Source: Bacteroidota bacterium
GTDB lineage: Bacteria > Bacteroidota > Bacteroidia > Bacteroidales > JACABE01
Reading direction: 5' to 3'
Length of the DNA stretch: 64,000 nucleotides
Assembly (NCBI GenBank): GCA_037133555.1
Contig: JBAXNW010000004.1
Location: 13,176 to 77,175, forward strand
A model generated the notes under the pieces. It was given only the letters and a program-made list of their open reading frames with translations. It did no database searches and was not told the origin of the DNA. Positions 25,457-33,983 of the stretch are shown piece after piece (position 1 is the stretch's first letter; each line of letters begins with the position of its first letter). Both the position numbers and the translations under genes were made by a program.

Positions 25457-27619
25457 ATGAAAAAACAACATAAAGACATTGAACTGAGTAACAATACATT
25501 TGTTAGCAGCGTTTTGCGTATATTCTCCAACGATCCGTTTTCGGCTTTCAATTACAAACAGGTATCTGCCCGAATGGGCGTCAGCGACAAAGCCAGCAAA
25601 GAGCTTGTAATCAATGTTATTCACAAACTTGTAAAAATTGCTGCTTTAAAAGAAGACAGTCGTGGAAAATACAAACTGAACCCATCCTATATCAACGAAA
25701 GCCTGATACCTTCCTCCTATATTACCGGCATTGTTGACATGAAACAAACCGGCAAAGCCTATATCATCATCGATAAAGAAAGCGAGGATGTATTTATCTC
25801 AGCCAACAATACGAATCATGCCATGCATGGGGATAAGGTAAAAGTATTCCTTTTCCCACGCCGCAAAGGCAGAAAACTGGAAGGCCAGATTATCGAAATC
25901 ATCGAAAGAGCACACAAGCAATTTGTAGGTATTGTACAACTATCCAAAAAATTTGCTTTTCTGGTTCCTGACAACAATAAAGTACCCGTTGATATTTTCA
26001 TCCCTCTTGATTGCTTAAACGGTGCAAAGAACGGAGAAAAAGCATTGGCCCGTATTACCGACTGGCCAGAAAGAGCCAGCAATCCTTTTGGCGAAATCAT
26101 TCAGGTTTTGGGTAAACCGGGGGATAACAATGTTGAAATGCAATCGATATTAGCCGAACTCAATTTCCCATTGTCCTTCCCTTCGAATGTTGAAAAAGAA
26201 GCCGACAACATCCCTGAAGCCATACCCGAAAAAGAGATCAACAAGCGGAGAGATTTTCGTTCCATCGTCACTTTTACCATCGACCCCGAAGATGCCAAGG
26301 ATTTTGACGATGCCCTTTCTATTAAAAAATTAAAAAACGGGAACTGGGAAGTAGGCGTACACATTGCAGATGTATCCTATTATGTGCAGCCTAATTCATT
26401 GATTGACAAAGAAGCTTATGAGAGAGGTACTTCTATCTACCTGGTGGACCGTGTAATTCCGATGCTGCCCGAGCGTTTATCGAACGGGGTCTGCTCACTG
26501 CGGGCCAACGAAGACAAACTCTGCTATTCAGCAGTGTTTGAAATGGACGACAATGCCCATATCAAAAACGAATGGTTTGGGAAAACGGTCATCAGATCCG
26601 ACAGAAGATTTACCTATCAGGAAGCCCAGGATATTATTGAAACAGAAAGCGGAGAATTTGCCACAGAAATGCTCAGCTTGAACAAACTGGCACTCAAACT
26701 CAGGGATGAAAGATTCAAAACAGGTGCCATCAATTTTAAATCGACAGAAGTTAAATTTCAGCTGGATGAAAATGGGAAACCTTTGGGGGTTTTTATCAAA
26801 GAGATCAAAGATTCAAATCGATTGATAGAAGACTTTATGCTGCTTGCCAACAAAAAAGTAGCCAGTTTTATCGGCATGAAAAAAGGCAATGAAACACCCA
26901 AAACATTTGTATACCGCGTTCACGATGAACCCAATGCCGAAAAGCTAAATACTTTTGTCCTCTTTCTTTCTAAGCTGGGTTATACCATGAAGACAGGCTC
27001 CCGCAAGAACCTGGCAACATCTTTCAACAATCTTTTTGAAGCCATCGAAGGAAAAGGCGAAGAAAACATGATAGAAACCATTGCTATACGAACGATGGCA
27101 AAAGCCTATTATTCAACCGAAAATATCGGTCATTACGGATTGGCTTTCCCTTATTATTCGCACTTCACCTCCCCTATCCGCCGTTATCCCGATCTGATGG
27201 TCCATCGTTTGCTCGAAATGTATATGGATGGAAAACCTTCTGTTAATAAAAAAGAATACGAAGAAAGCTGCGAACATTCATCCATGATGGAACGCAAGGC
27301 TGCCGAAGCCGAAAGAGCTTCAATCAAATACAAACAAGCTGAGTATTTATCGGATAAAATCGGAGAATCCTTCTTTGGCTTGATTTCAGGAGTAAGTAAA
27401 TGGGGTTTGTTTGTAGAAATTGAAAGCAACAAATGTGAGGGCATGGTATCGCTCAGAAACATGGCTGATGATTATTACTTCTTAGACGAGGAAAACTATC
27501 AGGTAATCGGACAGCGTTACGGCCATAAGTATAAATTAGGCGACCGTATTAAAATCAAAATCGTCAAGGTTGATATTGCCAAAAAGCAAATGGATTTTGA
27601 AATTGCAGAGGAAAATTAA
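25457..27619 (+). CDS. rnr: Ribonuclease R (3-prime to 5-prime exoribonuclease)
   Basis: RNB domain blocks: TIDPEDAKDFDDALS, YLVDRVIPMLPERLSNGVCSL, HYGLAFPYYSHFTSPIRRYPDLMVHR. C-terminal S1 domain: GLISGVSKWGLFVEI. Confidence 0.93.
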   Translation: MKKQHKDIELSNNTFVSSVLRIFSNDPFSAFNYKQVSARMGVSDKASKELVINVIHKLVKIAALKEDSRGKYKLNPSYINESLIPSSYITGIVDMKQTGKAYIIIDKESEDVFISANNTNHAMHGDKVKVFLFPRRKGRKLEGQIIEIIERAHKQFVGIVQLSKKFAFLVPDNNKVPVDIFIPLDCLNGAKNGEKALARITDWPERASNPFGEIIQVLGKPGDNNVEMQSILAELNFPLSFPSNVEKEADNIPEAIPEKEINKRRDFRSIVTFTIDPEDAKDFDDALSIKKLKNGNWEVGVHIADVSYYVQPNSLIDKEAYERGTSIYLVDRVIPMLPERLSNGVCSLRANEDKLCYSAVFEMDDNAHIKNEWFGKTVIRSDRRFTYQEAQDIIETESGEFATEMLSLNKLALKLRDERFKTGAINFKSTEVKFQLDENGKPLGVFIKEIKDSNRLIEDFMLLANKKVASFIGMKKGNETPKTFVYRVHDEPNAEKLNTFVLFLSKLGYTMKTGSRKNLATSFNNLFEAIEGKGEENMIETIAIRTMAKAYYSTENIGHYGLAFPYYSHFTSPIRRYPDLMVHRLLEMYMDGKPSVNKKEYEESCEHSSMMERKAAEAERASIKYKQAEYLSDKIGESFFGLISGVSKWGLFVEIESNKCEGMVSLRNMADDYYFLDEENYQVIGQRYGHKYKLGDRIKIKIVKVDIAKKQMDFEIAEEN

Positions 27620-27749
27620 TGCAAGCATTTAGTTATTTCGTGCAAAGCTTTGTAATGCAAATTTTATTGGTAATTTTATTATCTTATATAAACTGGAATA
27701 CTAACATAAAATGGGTTCTAAAATTCATTTTTTAAAATTATATAAAAGT

Positions 27750-27903
27750 AATAAGGTTTGATTGAATGTGTGTGTTTTTCTACTAAGGTTGAATAAAAAT
27801 AAGGTTTTAAATACGAATGAAATTAATTTACAGACACATACATATATAGTTAAACCTTAGTAGAAAATGAGATAATAGTAAATTAAACCTTATCACCTTA
27901 TTT
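27750..27903. mobile_element. MITE-like nested inverted-repeat element, copy 1 (~150 bp)
   Basis: Outer inverted repeat: AATAAGGTTT (27750) and AAACCTTAT (27885). Inner perfect 15-bp inverted repeat: TTTTCTACTAAGGTT (27776..27790) and AACCTTAGTAGAAAA (27853..27867). Confidence 0.6.
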
Positions 27904-28141
27904 CTAAACATTAATTAATAAAAAAAACAATCCATAAATAACAATAGAAGCCATTTTTAAATTCTTCATAATTTAAAAATAACACATGAAATGTCCATGT
28001 TCTAAAGACGCAACCGAGATGAATATATCATGGACATTCTCCCGATAGATCGGGACAGGCTATTGGCGAAACTTGAATACATTTCATTAACTTTAATATT
28101 ATAACAATAACCATTTCAGTAATTTAACAAAATATAAACAA

Positions 28142-29467
28142 ATGAAAAAAATTTTAATCTTCAGTTTGTTTTTGATAACAGCTGCAACAACTTACTCCCA
28201 ATCCAAAATTGATTCAAAAGAGATTGCGGATAAAATGCAATGGTTTGCCGATGCCAAACTGGGCATTTTTATCCATGCCGGTATTTATGCGGTAGATGGC
28301 ATCGACGAATCCTGGAGTTTTCACAACAAAAAAATCAGTCATGCCAATTATATGAAACAGCTGAAGGGGTTCACCCTCAAGAATTACGATCCGGCATTCT
28401 GGGCAGATCTCATTCAGGAAAGTGGTGCCAGGTATTCAGTTATAACTACTAAACACCACGATGGCGTGGCCATGTACGACACAAAAATGAACAACCTCAG
28501 TATAGTGAAGGCTACGCCTGCAAAAAAGGATATGATTCAACCCTTCTTTAATGAATTGCGCAAACGCAACATCAAATGCGGGGCTTATTTTTCTCTTATC
28601 GACTGGACGGATGCCGATTATCCCGGGTTTTTAAAAGACAGTTCTAAATACAAGATAGAAAATGATTATCCCAGATGGCAACGTTTTCGCAACTTCTTTC
28701 AGGGGCAGATCAAAGAAATCAGTCTGAATCTGAAACCGGATTTATGGTGGTTCGACGGCGACTGGGAACACAGTGCCGAAGAATGGGAAGCCCAGAAAGT
28801 AAGAAAGATGATACTTGCAGCCAAGCCCAAAGCCATTATCAATGGCCGTTTACAGGGTTATGGCGATTATGACACCCCTGAACAGAATTTCCCGGTAACA
28901 CGACCTAAATTCAACTGGTGGGAATTATGTATGACCACCACCGAAGACTGGGGTTATCACCACGATACCATCTGGAAAACACCTTATGAAGTCATCACTA
29001 TCTTTGTGGATGCCGTTTCGAATGGAGGTAACCTTTTACTGGATATGGGCCCAATGGAAGACGGAACCATACCAGAAAAACAAATTTATGTCCTCAAAGA
29101 ACTGGGTGCATGGAATAAGAAAAACGGAGAAGGCATATTTAATACCATAGGTGGCATCCCTCAGGGCCATTTTTACGGGCCCACTACCTTATCGAAAGAT
29201 TCAACGACTCTATACCTGTTTTTACATGGAAATGTAAACGGTAAGCTCCTCTTGAAAGGATTGATCAATAAAATTGAAGAGATTACGGTTGTTGGAAACG
29301 GTACAAAACTCTCACATAAAGTGATAGGTAAAATTTCCTGGAGCCCTGTACCGGGATTGGTTTATATAGACGTGCCTGAAAATGTGATGGATAAATATGT
29401 CACTGTATTGAAAGTAAAACTGGAAAAACCCATTAATCTCTATCGGGGACAAGGTGGATTGAACTAA
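28142..29467 (+). CDS. Secreted alpha-L-fucosidase (GH29-like)
   Basis: Signal peptide: MKKILIFSLFLITAATTYSQ. GH29-type blocks: KLGIFIHAGIYAV, YSVITTKHHDGVAMYDT, LWWFDGDW. Confidence 0.85.
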   Translation: MKKILIFSLFLITAATTYSQSKIDSKEIADKMQWFADAKLGIFIHAGIYAVDGIDESWSFHNKKISHANYMKQLKGFTLKNYDPAFWADLIQESGARYSVITTKHHDGVAMYDTKMNNLSIVKATPAKKDMIQPFFNELRKRNIKCGAYFSLIDWTDADYPGFLKDSSKYKIENDYPRWQRFRNFFQGQIKEISLNLKPDLWWFDGDWEHSAEEWEAQKVRKMILAAKPKAIINGRLQGYGDYDTPEQNFPVTRPKFNWWELCMTTTEDWGYHHDTIWKTPYEVITIFVDAVSNGGNLLLDMGPMEDGTIPEKQIYVLKELGAWNKKNGEGIFNTIGGIPQGHFYGPTTLSKDSTTLYLFLHGNVNGKLLLKGLINKIEEITVVGNGTKLSHKVIGKISWSPVPGLVYIDVPENVMDKYVTVLKVKLEKPINLYRGQGGLN

Positions 29468-30978
29468 AACTGAAAATAAATAAAGGGTTGGATTTCAGCT
29501 GATTTAACTTGATACAGCATAAATACAACCAATACGACTACGATGGCTTTTGCAAAGTAAGGGATGTTGATAAAATAATTTTTGTAAAATTCTTTGGTAG
29601 TTTGCGGTAGCCAATGAATGATGAATCCCACTAAAATCAAAGAAAAAACATTTTTATAAGACACCATTACTTCTGGTATTAGTTGCCAGTTAAAATGATT
29701 AAATATCTGGGACAATATCATAGTAACACTTCTCATGCTGTCGGCTCTGAAGAAGATCCATGCAAATATCACAAAATGAAAGCAAAGAAAGGCTGCCCAG
29801 AACTTACTCCATATACTGATCTTTTCTTTGGCAGGAAACCACTTCATCCATAATTTATGGAAAGTTAACCCTAAGCCATGTAAACCACCCCAAATGATAA
29901 ACCTGACTGCTGCCCCATGCCACAATCCTCCAATGAGCATTACCAACAACAAATTGATATAGGTTCTGATTTTTCCTTTTTTGTTGCCACCCAGTGGGAT
30001 GTACAAATAGTCGCGCAACCAGGTTGACAGAGAAATATGCCAGCGATGCCAGAAATCGGTAATATTGGCAGCTTTGTAAGGCGAATTAAAGTTAACAGGT
30101 AAACGGAATCCCAATAAGAATGCCACACCAATCGCAATATCAGTATACCCCGAGAAATCACAATAAATCTGTATGGTATAACCATAAACAGCCATTAAAT
30201 TTTCGAAGCCCGAATACGACATTGGACTGTCGAAAACCCTGTCGACAAAATTGGTGGAGATATAATCCGAAATCAACATTTTTTTGATGAGTCCATTCAA
30301 TATCAAAAATACAGCAAAGCCAAACTCTTTCTTTGAAAGCGAAAAATCTTTGTACAATTGTGGGATAAAGTCGTAAGCTTTCACAATAGGACCGGCAACC
30401 AACTGAGGAAAAAAAGTAACAAAACAACCATAATCCAGGATATTATGCAAAGCACTTATCTTTTTACGATAAACTGAAACCGTATAACTGATGGATTGGA
30501 AAGTATAAAAAGAAATACCAACGGGTAAGATAATAGAAGTAATGTCAAGGTGAGTACCTGCCACACCATTGGTCCAGTAAGCCAAATAATTGACCACTTT
30601 AAAATCGCTGTGAAATAAATTATTGATGGCATCCAGTAAGAAATAGCTGTACTTAAAATACGCCAATACACCCAGGTTCATAAAAATGCTTAAGGCCAGA
30701 TATAGTTTCTTACGTCCTTGTGTTTTCGCATGCTCTATCCACAAACCTACCGCAAAATCGAACAAGGTAGTAAATGCCAATATGAGAAAGAAATAGCCAC
30801 CCGATTTATAATAAAAAAACGAGCTCACCAGCAATAGATAAGCATTCCGGGCAGGTTTTTTTTTGTAAACCACCGAATAAAGGGTCAACACCACTGCAAA
30901 AAATACCCAGAAATACAATCGGGTAAAAATCATGGGCGACTGTGGGTCGTAAGTGAATATATCTTTTAGGGAATCCAT
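29464..30978 (-). CDS. MBOAT-family membrane O-acyltransferase (AlgI/PatA/DltB-like)
   Basis: Polytopic. Signature: FWHRWHISLSTWLRDYLYIPLGGN. Catalytic-His block: GGLWHGA. Confidence 0.9.
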   Translation of the reverse strand: MDSLKDIFTYDPQSPMIFTRLYFWVFFAVVLTLYSVVYKKKPARNAYLLLVSSFFYYKSGGYFFLILAFTTLFDFAVGLWIEHAKTQGRKKLYLALSIFMNLGVLAYFKYSYFLLDAINNLFHSDFKVVNYLAYWTNGVAGTHLDITSIILPVGISFYTFQSISYTVSVYRKKISALHNILDYGCFVTFFPQLVAGPIVKAYDFIPQLYKDFSLSKKEFGFAVFLILNGLIKKMLISDYISTNFVDRVFDSPMSYSGFENLMAVYGYTIQIYCDFSGYTDIAIGVAFLLGFRLPVNFNSPYKAANITDFWHRWHISLSTWLRDYLYIPLGGNKKGKIRTYINLLLVMLIGGLWHGAAVRFIIWGGLHGLGLTFHKLWMKWFPAKEKISIWSKFWAAFLCFHFVIFAWIFFRADSMRSVTMILSQIFNHFNWQLIPEVMVSYKNVFSLILVGFIIHWLPQTTKEFYKNYFINIPYFAKAIVVVLVVFMLYQVKSAEIQPFIYFQF

Positions 30979-31031
30979 AAGTGAGTTAAAAGTTTATAAA
31001 GTTTGTTAGGTTCATAAAATCTTTAATAATT

Positions 31032-31063
31032 GGGTTATTGGGTTATTGGGTTATTGGGTTAAT
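31032..31063 (+). repeat. Octamer array (GGGTTATT)x3 + GGGTTAAT
   Basis: Lies between the MBOAT start and the SGNH gene stop. Confidence 0.9.
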
Positions 31064-31106
31064 AATAAATGATGATGACTACTTCTGACATCTGGATCCT
31101 GACTTT

Positions 31107-32345
31107 TCATAATTTCTCATTCTTTTCAATAAACCTGTCGTAGGCTTTTAAAAATGCATTGAACAATAAATCGCCCTGAAGTAAATAGCCAGGTTTTGAA
31201 AAATGAACTCTATCGTTTGCAGTCAAACCAGCCTTTTGCCATTTTTTCATAGATGTAAAGCCACCCATCACCTCATACAAATCCCAGACAGCACAGGCAT
31301 TTTGTCTTGCTATATCTAATATTACTTCCTGGGCTATCTTCATATCAGGATTCGGGTAACGTTTTTTTCGGTAACTATCTGCGGGTGTTGTCAATAATAT
31401 AAAACTATGGGGCAAGGTTTTTTTAATCCGTTGAATCAATAGATTGTAATTGTTTCCAAACAGATTTTTATCGAAATTCTTACCATAGGCATCATTGGTA
31501 CCCAACGAAATAATCACCCAATCAGGATTTAAAATTTTCAACTGAGCTTCCAGCAAATTACACTTCAGAAAACTACTTACTTCTGCACCATTTACACCCA
31601 CAGCCGAGCAGATGAGACCGGGATCATCATTATCTAATTCGATGCCATACAATGCAAAATTCTTTTGTAAGGAATCCGTTTTCTGAAAAAATAAATTGAG
31701 GGTATCAAAATGATCAATCGTCGAAAAAGAAGTATAACCCAGCGAATTAGAAACACCATCAATAAGCTGATCTTCCATCAGTTTAACCTTATAAACGCTG
31801 TCACCAATATTGTGAAATATCTTCACTTTATTAAAATCCTGGTGTAAGTAATTTTTATTGTTTAATATGATTTGAATACTGGAATTTGAATCAGTAGTAG
31901 TAACAGAAATGCCTGCAATTCCTAACTCACAGCCATTTAAATTTTGAATATTCCGACAATGTTGCCATTTACCTGTATATTTTACCTTATAGTTATCAGG
32001 ATTATTGGTAGCTGCAACGTTATACGGAAAAATAAACCCACGACTCCCTTGTATACCCAATGCAAAACTTTGCATATTTTCACGGATTCTCCCCGAAAAA
32101 AAATCTGCCTGTATGTGAGAATCTCCGATATGCAGCACCCTCAACTGGCGATCTCCTTTTAATATTAACTGATTCAGATTTTTACAGATAGCATTGAAAT
32201 CAGTTTGAGCAGTTCCGAAAAAATGCAGACTATCCACCTCTTGATTGACAAAGGGAAAGGCAATATCCTTATAGGGGGTCTCCTGCGAAAACACCTTCCC
32301 CAAAAAAAGGGATACAAATAATATGAATATCAGTCTTTTTATCAT
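31107..32345 (-). CDS. Secreted SGNH/GDSL-family hydrolase or acyltransferase
   Basis: Signal peptide. SGNH blocks: VLHIGDSHIQ (block I), GVNGA, SLGTNDA, DRVHF (block V). Confidence 0.8.
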   Translation of the reverse strand: MIKRLIFILFVSLFLGKVFSQETPYKDIAFPFVNQEVDSLHFFGTAQTDFNAICKNLNQLILKGDRQLRVLHIGDSHIQADFFSGRIRENMQSFALGIQGSRGFIFPYNVAATNNPDNYKVKYTGKWQHCRNIQNLNGCELGIAGISVTTTDSNSSIQIILNNKNYLHQDFNKVKIFHNIGDSVYKVKLMEDQLIDGVSNSLGYTSFSTIDHFDTLNLFFQKTDSLQKNFALYGIELDNDDPGLICSAVGVNGAEVSSFLKCNLLEAQLKILNPDWVIISLGTNDAYGKNFDKNLFGNNYNLLIQRIKKTLPHSFILLTTPADSYRKKRYPNPDMKIAQEVILDIARQNACAVWDLYEVMGGFTSMKKWQKAGLTANDRVHFSKPGYLLQGDLLFNAFLKAYDRFIEKNEKL

Positions 32346-32451
32346 ATCAATATAAAAACATATAGGTCTTTAAAATTAAATAGCATTCATCAATCTATTT
32401 TTTAATAAAGCAGTACTATTTAAACTTTAAGTACTTCAGTCACTCCATTAC

Positions 32452-33945
32452 TTATCTGTTCAGTGCAATTTTACCAATTCCGCTTTCCGAAAATTTCAGA
32501 AATTGCAAATAATCATAAATCAATGCATTGTAAAACATTTCAGCGACCACGCGGGCCCCTTTTTCGTTAAAATGGGTAAAGTCTTTATTGGCCAAAGCAG
32601 GACTAGCAAATACCCAGCTGGGCATTGAATTTTCGCCTCCCATGGCTTCGAATAAATCCCAATAGGCACAACCAGCTTTAAAAGCAGCATTTTTTTGTGC
32701 TTTTCTTATTTTTTCAATATTAGGATTGGTTTCGTAGGCATCCCCTGCTTTGCGCGAACGATCAGAAATGCCGATAACGATGACACAAATATCTTTTTTG
32801 ATGCTTTTAATGGTTTTCAGTTGATTGTAAAATCCTCTTTCGTAATAAGAGTAATCGGGCACAATTGTTTTCTCGTTTTCAGGAACTGCATTCACCCCAA
32901 ATTGCATAATTACCATTTTTACATTCAGCAATTCATAAAACTTCTTCAGAAAATCAAAATTCATCTGGGTAAATCCATAACCAGCACTTCCACGTAAAGG
33001 AATATTGTCAACAGCAATACCTCTGTCAGCATCCAGGGCAAAGCCATAGATATCAGGACTGTCTTTCCCTTTTAATTGTAAGGTAAGGGATGCGGGCGAT
33101 TTCTTAAAATCATATTCAAATACATTCAGGTCTCTGTTGGAAGCCAGGTTTTCGCTGCTTAGCATTGTTTTATTGGATATAAGATTGATTTTCACATCTT
33201 TTTTGTTATACCCATAAAATAATCGCAATTTTTGGAAATCACGTGTATTCGCATAACCCTGATTGGAAGTATGTATAAAAATACTTCCCTGAAAATGAGA
33301 TGAATCATTAGAAGAAGAATCCTGAAATACAGTAGAAAATCTTGCAAAACCGAGCAAAGCACCATATCTGTTGTGTGCAATTTTTGGAGATGTTTTGCCA
33401 ATAAGGGTGTATTTAATGCAATTTTCCGACACCGATTCTGCCAAGGAAGCCGAAGGCGATGCATTTACCAATTGCATCAAGCCCACACCACTTCCTCCAA
33501 ATTTAGCCTGTAATTTAAATCGCAAAAACGATGTAATCCTATCTCCTTCTATTTGAGAATCGCCGTAATGTAAAATCCTGATAAGTTCATTGACATCTTT
33601 CAGTTTGGACAGCGATTGAAAAACCGGGTATAATATTGAGATATCGTTGTTAGGATATTCAATTTTGTGAATATTTTGCAATAAAGCATTGCGGGATGCT
33701 TTTGAAGTGTCATTTACCAATGAATCAATATTCACGACGCTTTTTGTGCTATCCAGGGGATCAGTCACAATTCCTGATATATCAGCGTACTTTTTCGCAT
33801 TGCTTGAAAAAACTTCTGCGAAATCTGGAAAATACAGACTGATATTTTTACTGAGCTTTATACCATTTTTAGGAAAAACAAAGATTAAACAAGCCAATAG
33901 ACAAAAAACAAAAATCAGGAATAAAAGAATTTTAAAGGGTTTCAT
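32452..33945 (-). CDS. Secreted SGNH/GDSL-family hydrolase or acyltransferase (second paralogue type)
   Basis: N-terminal TM/signal. Blocks: ILHYGDSQIEGD (block I), FGVNAVP, DFTHFNEKG (block V). Confidence 0.78.
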   Translation of the reverse strand: MKPFKILLFLIFVFCLLACLIFVFPKNGIKLSKNISLYFPDFAEVFSSNAKKYADISGIVTDPLDSTKSVVNIDSLVNDTSKASRNALLQNIHKIEYPNNDISILYPVFQSLSKLKDVNELIRILHYGDSQIEGDRITSFLRFKLQAKFGGSGVGLMQLVNASPSASLAESVSENCIKYTLIGKTSPKIAHNRYGALLGFARFSTVFQDSSSNDSSHFQGSIFIHTSNQGYANTRDFQKLRLFYGYNKKDVKINLISNKTMLSSENLASNRDLNVFEYDFKKSPASLTLQLKGKDSPDIYGFALDADRGIAVDNIPLRGSAGYGFTQMNFDFLKKFYELLNVKMVIMQFGVNAVPENEKTIVPDYSYYERGFYNQLKTIKSIKKDICVIVIGISDRSRKAGDAYETNPNIEKIRKAQKNAAFKAGCAYWDLFEAMGGENSMPSWVFASPALANKDFTHFNEKGARVVAEMFYNALIYDYLQFLKFSESGIGKIALNR

Positions 33946-33983
33946 TCGTAAACTGTAAAGTAAATGTAGTTTATTTAAAATTT

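Noticed and set aside
27986-28048. A 20-codon mini-ORF (MKCPCSKDATEMNISWTFSR) inside the structured element upstream of the fucosidase gene.
   Set aside because: It has no ribosome-binding or promoter context that I can support, and it coincides with stem-forming sequence. It is more simply explained as non-coding structure.
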